In this document: piece by piece, positions 30,380 through 39,263 of the stretch
How positions within the stretch are numbered: position 1 is the stretch's first letter
Layout of the letters: each line of letters opens with the position of its first letter
Source of the DNA: Parcubacteria group bacterium
Lineage (GTDB): Bacteria > Patescibacteriota > Minisyncoccia > Moranbacterales > UBA11712
Direction: 5' to 3'
NCBI GenBank assembly: GCA_041659065.1
Contig: JBAZYY010000001.1
Span: 274,228 to 338,227 of the forward strand
Length of the DNA: 64,000 bases
Notes under the pieces: model-generated
What the model saw: the letters and a program-made list of their open reading frames with translations, nothing else
Database searches by the model: none
Told to the model about the DNA's origin: nothing
Made by a program: the position numbers and the translations under genes

Positions 30380-31486
30380 CTATATTCTTTCACATTTTTT
30401 GGATATATTCAACAATATTCCGACTCCTACCATGACGAAGACAATCGAGGTCCCGCCGTAGCTGATAAAGGGAAGAGTCACGCCCGTCAGGGGCATTAAA
30501 CCTGTTATTGCGGATATGTTTATAAGCGCCTGAAATATTATCCAGGAGGTCACGCCTACCGCGACTAATTTGCCGAACATATCAGGAGCATTTCTGGCGA
30601 TCTTAAGGCCCCTCATTGCCAGAGCCAGGAATAAAAGGATGAGAACTATCGCGCCTATCATACCGATTTCCTCGCACACAATGGCAAAAATTGAATCTCC
30701 GACCGGCTCAGGCAGATAATTGAATTTCTGCCGGCTGTGCCCTAATCCTAAGCCCCAAAAACCCCCCGACCCGATTGCCAGAAGCGCTTGGTTGATTTGA
30801 TAGCCAATTCCTCTCGGGTCCAATTCCGGATGCATAAAAACCAGCAGCCGGTTCATTCTGTATGATTCGAATTTAACCAGCATGTAAAAAGCAAGCGATC
30901 CCAGGCCGAACATCGACGCCAGATGCGATATTTTTGCGCCGGATACGAAATATATAGCCAATGATATAATTAAAATAATACCCAGCGTTCCCATATCCGG
31001 CTGTTTGATGATCAAAAATCCCACCATGCCGATTATCGCCAAAAAGGGGATGAATCCCTCAAAAAGATCCGTCCTTTTTTCATTTCTTCCTTCCAGCCAA
31101 GCCGCCAGATACAGAATCATCGTAAGCTTCAACATTTCCGAAGGCTGAAAAGAGAAAAATCCCAGCCGAATCCAGCGACTCGCCCCTTGAAAGTTAAGTC
31201 CGGCTCCCGGAATAAAAACCAGTATCAAAAACAAGATGTTGACCGCAAACAGGACAAGCGCAAACTTTTTCCAGAAATGATAGTCTATTTTTTGCACTAT
31301 AAACATCAGTAAAAGCCCCGGCATGACTCCATAGAAAAGCTGGTGCTTAAAAAAATAGTACGGATCCCCAAACCTGTTTTGGGAATAGGCGATACCCGCC
31401 GATGATAAAATCACCAAACCAAAAACGATCAGCGCGAACACCGAGATTATTAAAATTTGATCCGGTTTTTTTTCCTTGGATTTCAT
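30380..31486 (-). CDS. ftsW: SEDS-family peptidoglycan glycosyltransferase FtsW/RodA
   Basis: Ten TM segments, SEDS family, position upstream of murG. Confidence 0.8.
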   Translation of the reverse strand: MKSKEKKPDQILIISVFALIVFGLVILSSAGIAYSQNRFGDPYYFFKHQLFYGVMPGLLLMFIVQKIDYHFWKKFALVLFAVNILFLILVFIPGAGLNFQGASRWIRLGFFSFQPSEMLKLTMILYLAAWLEGRNEKRTDLFEGFIPFLAIIGMVGFLIIKQPDMGTLGIILIISLAIYFVSGAKISHLASMFGLGSLAFYMLVKFESYRMNRLLVFMHPELDPRGIGYQINQALLAIGSGGFWGLGLGHSRQKFNYLPEPVGDSIFAIVCEEIGMIGAIVLILLFLALAMRGLKIARNAPDMFGKLVAVGVTSWIIFQALINISAITGLMPLTGVTLPFISYGGTSIVFVMVGVGILLNISKKCERI

Positions 31487-31500
31487 GAGTTGAAAGAATT

Positions 31501-32178
31501 CTAAATTCTATTTATTTTTTTACTGTATTTCTCCCGCCATTTTTCAATTTCCTTGTGATTTCCGCCCATCAAGACCTCCGGCACTTTCCAATTTTGAAAC
31601 TCCGCCGGCTTTGTGTATTGCGGATATTCGAGATAATTTTTCCGGGAAAAAGATTCTTCTTTTGGAGATTCGGCGTTCCCCAGCGCGCCTGGAATAAGCC
31701 GCGTAATCGAATCCACCACTGCCATAGCCGGAATTTCCCCGCCAGTCAATACATAGTCGCCAATCGAAATTTCTTCGTCCACCAAATATTTTGCCACTCG
31801 TTCATCCACGCCTTCATATCGCCCGCAAATCATAATTAGATTATCATATTTTTTCAGTCTCTTTACATCGCTTTGAGTATATCTTTTCCCCTTGGCGGAA
31901 AAAAGGATAACCCTAGTCTTCCTTAATTTTGAATTTTTAACTTTTAACTTTGAATTTAGAGATTGAAGGCAATCGTAGATTGGTTCAATCTTAAGCACCA
32001 TTCCCGCCCCGCCCCCATACGGCGTATCATCCACTGTCTTGTGTTTGTCAGTCGTATAATCCCGTAGATTGTGAATCTTAATATCGATTATTTTTTTCTC
32101 GCGCGCACGCTTAACAATGCTCTCACTGAAATAAGAATCAAAAATTTTCGGAAAAATTGTGATGATGTGAAAATTCAT
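31501..32178 (-). CDS. trmD: tRNA (guanine37-N1)-methyltransferase
   Basis: MNFHIITIFPKIF...TPYGGGAGMV. The ORF extends to 32205. Confidence 0.85.
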   Translation of the reverse strand: MNFHIITIFPKIFDSYFSESIVKRAREKKIIDIKIHNLRDYTTDKHKTVDDTPYGGGAGMVLKIEPIYDCLQSLNSKLKVKNSKLRKTRVILFSAKGKRYTQSDVKRLKKYDNLIMICGRYEGVDERVAKYLVDEEISIGDYVLTGGEIPAMAVVDSITRLIPGALGNAESPKEESFSRKNYLEYPQYTKPAEFQNWKVPEVLMGGNHKEIEKWREKYSKKINRI

Positions 32179-32182
32179 ATTT

Positions 32183-32707
32183 TTATCTGTAAATTCTGTA
32201 TTCAACTTCCCTCATTGGCTTTCCCTTGGCGTTTTTGCCTTCAAATTCCTGAATCACAACGCCGCCCAAACGTTCCGGTATTTTTCTGCTTGCGATATTA
32301 TCGACCACGACCGGATATTTAAGATAGTCATAATCCAGGTTCTCATCGGCCCATTTTTTTATGGCCGCGATGGCTTCTTGACCGTATTTATTTCCATGCG
32401 CGGATTTTTTCAGCCAAATTCCCAGTTCCGGATTTTTTTTATTAAGATCATGCAGGCCGGCACAGCCGAGAAACTCTTTGCTATCCCCCAGCAATACGAC
32501 AAACTGCAGATTGCTTCCGCTTTTCATTTCCTTCAGAGATTTGTTTATGAAATCTTGAGTCTCCGCGATCTCCGCGGGTGACTGAGGAAACATGTGGATA
32601 GCAATTTCATCAGTAAACTCCCTGAAAATAATTTCGGCGTATTCCAAAGATATTGGTTCCAGTAATAGTCTGCCAGTTTTTAGCTTAATTTTCAATAGAT
32701 CTTTCAT
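32183..32707 (-). CDS. GNAT-family N-acetyltransferase
   Basis: GNAT fold (RimJ/RimL-like). Confidence 0.6.
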   Translation of the reverse strand: MKDLLKIKLKTGRLLLEPISLEYAEIIFREFTDEIAIHMFPQSPAEIAETQDFINKSLKEMKSGSNLQFVVLLGDSKEFLGCAGLHDLNKKNPELGIWLKKSAHGNKYGQEAIAAIKKWADENLDYDYLKYPVVVDNIASRKIPERLGGVVIQEFEGKNAKGKPMREVEYRIYR

Positions 32708-32792
32708 TTTTCTTTTTTTCTGGTCTTAAATACATCTAAGGTTGTTTCTGATTTATTTCAGTCTTGGATTTCAATCCTCTGCGGAAATGATT

Positions 32793-33254
32793 TTATGTTT
32801 TTTCCCAGCCATATTCACTGTAGAAAATATTTTTTCGGATGCAATTGATTGCTTGCCTGACGCACGGAATAGTGTTTTCGGGAAGTTTATCCAGCGGAAA
32901 CCATTTTAGATCGTCACATCTATGCGGCTCCAGGTTGCAAGGCTCGCCTTTCCATTTTTGGGCTCTTATAAAAACATCCACTCTTTCTTTCAGTTCGACG
33001 GGATTTGCCTTTTCATATCGATTCATCAAGTGAACGACTTTCATGTCTCCCTTTCTTATTTCCAGACCGGCTTCTTCTTTTGCCTCACGGGCAAGGGTTT
33101 GCCTGAAGGTTTCATTGCCATCGAGGTGTCCCGCTACCAGGCTGTAATTGCCGTCGTTATACCCAGTATTGAATCGCCGAAGCAAAAGGATTTTATCGTC
33201 CTTAAACAGGATGAGATATGCGGCGGGAACAATTCTAAATCTGTCTTTGCTCAT
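32793..33254 (-). CDS. NUDIX hydrolase
   Basis: Nudix box GHLDGNETFRQTLAREAKEEAGLEI. Carries the island-type upstream module. Confidence 0.8.
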   Translation of the reverse strand: MSKDRFRIVPAAYLILFKDDKILLLRRFNTGYNDGNYSLVAGHLDGNETFRQTLAREAKEEAGLEIRKGDMKVVHLMNRYEKANPVELKERVDVFIRAQKWKGEPCNLEPHRCDDLKWFPLDKLPENTIPCVRQAINCIRKNIFYSEYGWEKT

Positions 33255-33265
33255 AGGTTTTTTTA

Positions 33266-33350
33266 TCCCCCGCCGAAATTACGTATTTCCTGTCCGCCTA
33301 TGGATGAAAATACGTATTTTTCTCTCCTAAAGTTCGAGTTTAGGAAAGCT
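33266..33350. repeat. short (deletion-derivative) copy of island intergenic module: CCCCCGCCGAAATTACGTA...AAAATACGTATTTT + 3' hairpin
   Basis: Shares the 5' box and the CCGCCTATGGA..TACGTA tail with copy A. The hairpin TCCTAAAGTTCGAGTTTAGGA lies at 33324-33344. Confidence 0.7.
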
Positions 33351-33376
33351 TAGGAACGCCTGAGAACCATCGATTT

Positions 33377-33925
33377 TTATGTCTTATATTTTTCTTTTTT
33401 TTCGTCGATTTTTTTCTTCATTTCTTTCAGCCGGCCTTCACAGCGCGCGAGCGTTGGAGCCACACCATAGGCTACTCTCAGAGCATTGAAATGATTCAGG
33501 ATCACGTGGGCGTCCATCACCTTGGGATCTTCGACCTCGTGTTTTAAATTATTCACCCGGTAAATTTTATTATTCTCTCCCACCAAGAACGTATAAAGTT
33601 TTTCTCCTACGGCCCTTGATTTCCCGATTTTGATATTAAACCCTTTCCGGTTGGCCAAAAGGCATGTCATCGCAGATACCGTAAAACAATTCCAGTTGGC
33701 TAATTTGCTGCCGTTGAAAAGCGCCTGGATATTTTCTTTTTCATCGCGCATAAAGTGCTTGATCTTATCAAACAGTTCAGCTTCGTCGACGTTTTCTATC
33801 CCGCCCTTTCCAAGGTATTCATCAAAATTATTCTCCAATTCGTCGATAATCGGACCGATACTTAATCCATCCTCAAGTTGTTCGGAATATGTTTTTTCTT
33901 CGAGAGTTTCTTTTATTTTTTCCAT
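33377..33925 (-). CDS. hypothetical protein
   Basis: 182-aa ORF preceded by repeat module copy A and followed by hairpin H1. Confidence 0.5.
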   Translation of the reverse strand: MEKIKETLEEKTYSEQLEDGLSIGPIIDELENNFDEYLGKGGIENVDEAELFDKIKHFMRDEKENIQALFNGSKLANWNCFTVSAMTCLLANRKGFNIKIGKSRAVGEKLYTFLVGENNKIYRVNNLKHEVEDPKVMDAHVILNHFNALRVAYGVAPTLARCEGRLKEMKKKIDEKKEKYKT

Positions 33926-33943
33926 ATTTTAGAAAATTATTTA

Positions 33944-34170
33944 TCCCCCGCCGGAAATACGTACCTAAATACGTATTAAAAATCCGCCGTTTTTCTTTTT
34001 ACCCCAACATTGAATGTTGGTAGAGGTTGCATATCCCCACTGTGTCATAATCATACGGCCGTGTTTAAGTGATACATTTTCGTTTTGGATATTTGTCTTT
34101 ATTCATTCCTGCCGGAATTATATAATTCTTACCCGCCTATGGAGGAAGTTACGTAATTATATTTTTATTC
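33944..34170. repeat. long intergenic repeat module copy A (~225 bp)
   Basis: About 90% identical to 38924-39150. Starts with TCCCCCGCCGGAAATACGTA and ends with CCTGCCGGAATTATATAATT...GTTACGTAATT. Internally contains GTATCA...TATAAT(minus)...TGATAC. Confidence 0.85.
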
Positions 34171-34533
34171 CGACAAAGAATCGGTGGCCAAATTTGGGGC
34201 CCTGCTCCTCTCTGATTATTTCTAGATCATTTTCCGATTCTAAATAACTTTTTACGTTTTCGATATCATCGCCCTTTGGCAGAACATCAACCATGATATC
34301 AGTCATTTCATGCGGAGAATTCTCCATATCAATGACAAAGATTGAATCGGTGACTAAGACTTTCAGCTCTTCTCTTAGTTTTAAAATATTTCTCGCTTCT
34401 CTTCCTTGATTGTTTGTTGAGCCGTCTCAATATCTTTTGACGTGTCGTCTTCGCCAGTCAAGCCTTTTATCCTTTCGGCTTCCTGCAGAGATTTTTCGAG
34501 TGAATATTGTTCCATATAATTTTTTGTTAATTA

Positions 34534-34584
34534 TCCCCCACCGGAAGTACCTGCCCGAAATGCTTTTCAAGGCAGGCGGGCGTA
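34534..34584. repeat. 51-bp direct repeat (left) flanking Fic module
   Basis: TCCCCCACCGGAAGTACCTGCCCGAAATGCTTTTCAAGGCAGGCGGGCGTA; 48/51 identical to 36842-36892. Contains an internal CCTGCC..GGCAGG stem. Confidence 0.85.
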
Positions 34585-34602
34585 TTTGAATGCGTAATCG
34601 CA

Positions 34603-34625
34603 TTCCTAAAGTTCGACTTTAGGAA
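34603..34625. repeat. conserved 3' hairpin TTCCTAAAGT-TCGA-ACTTTAGGAA (overlaps Fic stop codon)
   Basis: 10-bp perfect inverted repeat with no U-run. Same family as 33324, 37655, 39128 and 39264. Confidence 0.8.
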
Positions 34626-35554
34626 TGTTTAAAAGCTTTATTTAACTCCCTGGAAAATTCTCTGACAGCTTCAATATTTAGATTGAGGCTGTGGCCCAAG
34701 ATATCCCTTGTCATCTGCGCTCTCAACTCTTTTTTCTTCTTCTCAAGATTGTTTTTGATATTGTCAGGCAATTCACTTTGTTTCATCAGCATACCATTGT
34801 TATCCATTGGATGACCATATAGTTTTCTTTCTTCTGGTGACATCAGGTCATATGCAGCCAGAAATCCAATTGAATCCAGGTCAAATCCCCACGACTCGCC
34901 TTCCAGCCGGACATTAAATTCATTGTTAACAAAAGCCAAGCTCAGACCTCTTCCTCTGAGCTGATTCGCAAACCAGCCGTAATTGACCACGTCGTGATAG
35001 GTATCTATCTTCATATTCCTTTCGATCAAAATATTTTTGAGATCCTGTTGAAGCGAAGCAGCTTCTTTTTGAATGTCTGGAGAAAACAAAAAATATACCA
35101 GCCTTGCTGTTCTCCCATTTCCATCCGCAAAAGGATGCGTATATATAATCAAGTTATACATTGTGAGGGCAATGGCTTCATTTTTATTGGGATGATCTCC
35201 ATTTGCGATCACTTTCATTTTCTCAAATGTTTCCCGAAAAATTTCATTTTTGTCTTCCATGTCTGGCGGCATGAGATTCACCAAATCGTCGTACCAACCA
35301 TCTACCAGCTTTACCTTTTTGTTTAGAATTTCTCTCTTTGGTGGCTCAATGTCGTTTATTATTCCATTCGTTCTTTTCATGAGATCCAGAAACCGCTCAA
35401 AATCAGAATTCCGAATCAGCTCGATATATACTTCGCTGCTACCCATGTCCCGTTCTCCAACGGATCTTTTCATGAATGTATAAATTTTGTCCGCCCCCCG
35501 ATTTTTCCTGTCTGCAGACTCCTGCTGCTGCTCTTGAAAGTCCTCCAATAACAT
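34619..35554 (-). CDS. Fic/Doc-family protein (AMPylase-type toxin-like)
   Basis: Canonical Fic motif HPFADGNGRTARL (HxFx[D/E]GNGRxxR). Confidence 0.8.
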   Translation of the reverse strand: MLLEDFQEQQQESADRKNRGADKIYTFMKRSVGERDMGSSEVYIELIRNSDFERFLDLMKRTNGIINDIEPPKREILNKKVKLVDGWYDDLVNLMPPDMEDKNEIFRETFEKMKVIANGDHPNKNEAIALTMYNLIIYTHPFADGNGRTARLVYFLFSPDIQKEAASLQQDLKNILIERNMKIDTYHDVVNYGWFANQLRGRGLSLAFVNNEFNVRLEGESWGFDLDSIGFLAAYDLMSPEERKLYGHPMDNNGMLMKQSELPDNIKNNLEKKKKELRAQMTRDILGHSLNLNIEAVREFSRELNKAFKHS

Positions 35555-35611
35555 GTCAATTGAAATTTAATTATCTAATAACGAAAGCAAGGAAATCTTA
35601 TGCTGATATAC

Positions 35612-36493
35612 TCATCCCGTCGCGATCGGCTTCAAGGGTACAATATAATAACTTAGTTTTTCATGACCAATATCCTCATCTTCGATTCTTGTATCAATCG
35701 TGCGCCTCATCTGACTGATTTCAAGGCGAATTGCCTCTCTTATCCTTTCTGGTGTCGCGTGTTTTAAAACAGACAGGCGAAGTTTCTCTTCATCTTCATT
35801 TGAAAAATCAAGTTCTTCCTTTGAAATCTTGTTGAGCACTTGAAACCACAATGCAATTTCCTTTATTGGCGAATCATCTGATGATCTTTCAGGATGCTCC
35901 AACCTTATGACAACAGCTTCATCGTGCCTCGCGTATTTTTTCCAGTACTTTTCAAAAAAAGCTAGGATAGCTTGCTCTTCTTGTGGTTGCAAATTTTTGC
36001 GTCCGTATTTCAATTCCTCTTCGCTTCTGTTTTTCCATTTTTCTATCCGCATTTTCAAATATTTGAGAGCATCTTCATAATTTCTGTTTCTGAAAGACTG
36101 CTCGTGTGAAAATTTCGAAGTAAACTGGTCAAACCATTCAGGTGAACCTTCGGCATAGCTATAAGCGGCTTCCGCATCTCCCGTAACAAATATCTTGTCC
36201 TCACTATTCAGCTTATACCACCCGAAAGTCTGCTCACTTTCACCGATTCGCTTCATTATTGAAATCATTTCTTCAATTTCGTTGCACTCAAAATCTCTTC
36301 TCTCTCTGCTTAATCCATGCTCCCTGATGCCCTCAAGCGCACTGAGATTCGTTCCGTGAAAATAAATTTCCATCACGCTTTGCAAAATGCGTTCTGCGAT
36401 GACCAATGATCCTTCAATATTTTCACCGAATTTATTTCCTATGATCCGCTCTGCAAGTTGGATATATACATCCGTAAGCCCGTAGCTATTCAA
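35612..36493 (-). CDS. hypothetical protein, co-operonic with Fic
   Basis: 293-aa ORF, 57 bp upstream of Fic. Confidence 0.5.
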   Translation of the reverse strand: MNSYGLTDVYIQLAERIIGNKFGENIEGSLVIAERILQSVMEIYFHGTNLSALEGIREHGLSRERRDFECNEIEEMISIMKRIGESEQTFGWYKLNSEDKIFVTGDAEAAYSYAEGSPEWFDQFTSKFSHEQSFRNRNYEDALKYLKMRIEKWKNRSEEELKYGRKNLQPQEEQAILAFFEKYWKKYARHDEAVVIRLEHPERSSDDSPIKEIALWFQVLNKISKEELDFSNEDEEKLRLSVLKHATPERIREAIRLEISQMRRTIDTRIEDEDIGHEKLSYYIVPLKPIATG

Positions 36494-36822
36494 GCCTTCG
36501 CTTTTTCCGCCCCATTTGGATATTCTCGAAATTGCGTCTTTTTATTGAAATTGATATTCCCAATGACATCAGGGATATAAGCGGACTCCTTTCCATCCCC
36601 GGTTATGGAAAGTGCGCTCAAGCAGGCTGAAACGGCATGCCTCAGGGCAAGCTTATCCTCACATCTCAAAAATATACCCTGAAACTCCTTCTTCTTCAAG
36701 ATGAGGGGATCTCTGATTGAGTCATTTGAATTTTTCTCTCCTTGATTTGAAGATCCACTTTCTTTTTTCTTCACAGTAGGAGCTCTTGACAGACTTTCTT
36801 TTTTATCAAAAATGTTTCCCAT
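36490..36822 (-). CDS. hypothetical protein (first gene of Fic operon)
   Basis: 110-aa ORF overlapping the next gene by 4 nt (translational coupling); island module lies upstream. Confidence 0.45.
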   Translation of the reverse strand: MGNIFDKKESLSRAPTVKKKESGSSNQGEKNSNDSIRDPLILKKKEFQGIFLRCEDKLALRHAVSACLSALSITGDGKESAYIPDVIGNINFNKKTQFREYPNGAEKAKA

Positions 36823-36841
36823 AATTGTTGCAATAAAAATG

Positions 36842-36892
36842 TCCCCCGCCAGAAATACCTGCCCGAAATGCTTTTCAAGGCAGGCGGGCGTA
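36842..36892. repeat. 51-bp direct repeat (right) flanking Fic module
   Basis: TCCCCCGCCAGAAATACCTGCCCGAAATGCTTTTCAAGGCAGGCGGGCGTA. Confidence 0.85.
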
Positions 36893-36924
36893 ATTAATTA
36901 GGTGATTTTTTTGATTCGTAACAT

Positions 36925-36975
36925 TTAGCTTAGAGAGCATTTATTGTGTCATAATCATACGACCGTATTATTGTG
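36925..36975. repeat. partial copy D of long repeat (GTGTCATAATCATACGACCGT...)
   Basis: Aligns to the TGTATCATAATTATACGGCCGTGTTTA core of copies A, B and C. Confidence 0.6.
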
Positions 36976-36981
36976 ATGCAA

Positions 36982-37539
36982 TTATCTTTTGAAAAAATGC
37001 CCTTTAAGGGTGGCTTCATTGTCGATGCTTGTGGTAGTGACTATCCTGACGTAGGGACCGGCCGAATAGAGCGAAACCAATTCCTGAATGGGTTTTTCGA
37101 ACGGATATGGTGAAACAAAGACGCTATGCTGGAGCTTCAAAAATTTGAGTGTCCGCAAATGCTCGCGCAAAATATCACGGAACAGCCGATTTTTCTCAGG
37201 AATGTCAAAAAGGACAAGTCGCCATTTTCCGTCCCAGCGCTTCGGTTTTTTGAATCTAATGGAACTCCCCAGGAGACTCAATATCTTTGCCTCTCGTCTG
37301 CCTCTTGTCGTCAGAACCAATCTAAAAGATCCGTCAGGCAACTTCTTCTCTTCAAGCAGCTTCTCTAAAGACAAACGGCGCAAAGAACGGTTGAAATTGC
37401 GCTGGTCTATTTTTTTCCATTCTGACCGCAGCATGCGCAACGTCCGATAATATTGCCGGGGAGACCGGGAAAAACCAAGGGCGAATCCGCCTGAAAGGCT
37501 GAGGAGTATTTTCTTTTGCACCGGGCCGAATTTATACAT
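36982..37539 (-). CDS. PaaX-like putative transcriptional regulator (wHTH + Cas2-like-fold C-terminal domain)
   Basis: KRWDGKWRLVLFDIPE...LRTLKFLKLQHSVFVSPYP resembles PaaX_C. The N-terminus is basic and wHTH-like. Confidence 0.45.
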   Translation of the reverse strand: MYKFGPVQKKILLSLSGGFALGFSRSPRQYYRTLRMLRSEWKKIDQRNFNRSLRRLSLEKLLEEKKLPDGSFRLVLTTRGRREAKILSLLGSSIRFKKPKRWDGKWRLVLFDIPEKNRLFRDILREHLRTLKFLKLQHSVFVSPYPFEKPIQELVSLYSAGPYVRIVTTTSIDNEATLKGHFFKR

Positions 37540-37542
37540 ATT

Positions 37543-37650
37543 CTCATTGTATCATAATTATACGGCCGTGTTTAGATGATACATTTTTGTTTTGGATATT
37601 TGCCTTCACTCATTCCCGCCGGAATTACGTAATTGGTTACGTAATTCCCC
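37543..37650. repeat. long repeat copy C (3' two-thirds), with two AATTACGTAATT-type palindromes
   Basis: CATTGTATCATAATTATACGGCCGTGTTTAGATGATACATTTTTGTTTTGGATATTTGCC...CCCGCCGGAATTACGTAATTGGTTACGTAATT. The minus strand gives TATAAT 17-22 nt upstream of the PaaX-like ATG. Confidence 0.8.
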
Positions 37651-37654
37651 TGAA

Positions 37655-37675
37655 TCCTAAAGTCCGATTTTGGGA
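37655..37675. repeat. 3' hairpin TCCTAAAGTCCGATTTTGGGA (degenerate copy)
   Basis: Same family; lies immediately after the stop of the PRTase-like gene. Confidence 0.6.
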
Positions 37676-37688
37676 ATAACTAGGTTAC

Positions 37689-38495
37689 TTATTTCCGTGG
37701 TTTTTGGATTCCTAAAGATCTCAATGTCGCCAAGATTTTTTTCTTTATCTCAGCGACTGTCTTGAATTCCAGTCTGAAGTCATTCTCGTCTTTTCTATCT
37801 TTATTTCCATAAGCCGTATTGTGGCGAGTATGTATATTGCCTCTTGATCCCGTATCGTGAACATACAAATGCGACCAGGCATGTGAAAAGAGTTGCGTTG
37901 CCACAATGTCGAAATGGATTTTGAAATTTTTGTCATTTTTTATTTTTTCCAGCATCATTTGATGATGATCGTCGCTGCCTGCTGCATTATTGCCAGCGCA
38001 TGACAACGCAAAATAAAATATATTATCAAATCCCTGACGGCAATCCTTAATCATTTTGAGCGTCGCCGCTCCTTCACCATCGGATATTGTTTCATCGACG
38101 AAAAAAACTTTTTTATTCGCCAAATGGCCGACATTATTCTCGATCAAGGATTCATTTAATAAGGTCATGTTTATGTACGCCATTTTTAGATTTTCATCAT
38201 TAAAAAACTGAATTTCAGGCATTTTCTGCAAATTCATTTCCTGGAGATATTTTTTCATGGGAGTTCCGAACATGCGCGCGCCTTTATCCAAAAAGACAAT
38301 TACGTCCGGTTGCTCCTTAAAAATATTAACAACTAAGTCCTTAAGAGCTGGCCGAATAAGCTCCAGATCGGATTCGGCCTCTTTGATTGCATCCTCGTAC
38401 AGATTTGCCAGCAGTTCCTGTTTTTTTTGATCAGTTAAGGTGTTTTTTCTTTCTATTGCGTTTCCTTCCATAGCTATGTATCGATTTTTATACAA
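37689..38495 (-). CDS. phosphoribosyltransferase-like domain protein
   Basis: KKVFFVDETISDGEGAAT resembles a PRTase PRPP-binding loop. Weak call. Confidence 0.35.
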   Translation of the reverse strand: MYKNRYIAMEGNAIERKNTLTDQKKQELLANLYEDAIKEAESDLELIRPALKDLVVNIFKEQPDVIVFLDKGARMFGTPMKKYLQEMNLQKMPEIQFFNDENLKMAYINMTLLNESLIENNVGHLANKKVFFVDETISDGEGAATLKMIKDCRQGFDNIFYFALSCAGNNAAGSDDHHQMMLEKIKNDKNFKIHFDIVATQLFSHAWSHLYVHDTGSRGNIHTRHNTAYGNKDRKDENDFRLEFKTVAEIKKKILATLRSLGIQKPRK

Positions 38496-38571
38496 GCGAG
38501 TCTTTTACCCACTTTAGGAATTCCAGATTTTCATAGAATTTTCTAACATTAAATGTGAGAACGGGTTACTC

Positions 38572-38904
38572 CTAAATAACATTGTACGGTCCTCCGATGT
38601 TGAGTAGATCCGCAAAAAATACAAGAATTGGGGTCAAAATAAAATATAGGCCGAGCAGCCAAAAAATCCACCGCAAAATGTGTCCTTTTCCACCTTCTTT
38701 ATAAATTATCCAGTATATCCTTACGCAAAGAATAAGGATAAACAAAACCGCCAATTCGATCGCTGCGTTCGGGCCATGGATGGTCATGAAACATGCCGCA
38801 CAAAGCATTATGGAAAAGATATAAGTATAGAAAATGGCCACTATATAAAACAAGACAAGCGTTAGCAGCGCATAGCCGATAAATCTTAGGATTGGTTTCT
38901 TCAT
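38572..38904 (-). CDS. small integral membrane protein
   Basis: Three TM helices; repeat copy B lies upstream. Confidence 0.5.
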   Translation of the reverse strand: MKKPILRFIGYALLTLVLFYIVAIFYTYIFSIMLCAACFMTIHGPNAAIELAVLFILILCVRIYWIIYKEGGKGHILRWIFWLLGLYFILTPILVFFADLLNIGGPYNVI

Positions 38905-38923
38905 ATTTTTTGTTTAAAAATTT

Positions 38924-39150
38924 CCCCCCCGCCGGAAATACGCAATCGAATACGTAATAAAAAATCCGTCGTTTTTCTTTTTACCCCGACATTGAATATT
39001 GGTAGAGGTTACATATTCCCATTGTATCATAATTATACGGCCGTGTTTAGGTGATACATTTTTGTTTTGGATATTTGTCTTTATTCATTCCCGCCGGAAT
39101 TACGTAATTAAATATGTATTTCTTTTATTCCGAAGTTTGACTTTAGGAAC
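38924..39150. repeat. long intergenic repeat module copy B + hairpin TTCCGAAGTTTGACTTTAGGAA (39128-39149)
   Basis: About 90% identical to copy A over about 200 bp. Contains the AATTACGTAATT perfect palindrome. Confidence 0.85.
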
Positions 39151-39263
39151 GGTTAAGCCATTCTACGCGCTTTTGCAAATAGTGTTTGTCGTAAAGGCCA
39201 GTTTCTGCGATTTTATCTGCCAATGATTTTAGTTTCTCTAATATATAACTGTGTGTTTTTTTA

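Noticed and set aside
34014-34247. Plus-strand ORFs 34014-34247 (77 aa) and 38999-39226 (75 aa)
   Set aside because: They lie entirely within the roughly 90%-identical intergenic repeat copies A and B. The substitutions between copies are not codon-patterned, and the translations are low-complexity.
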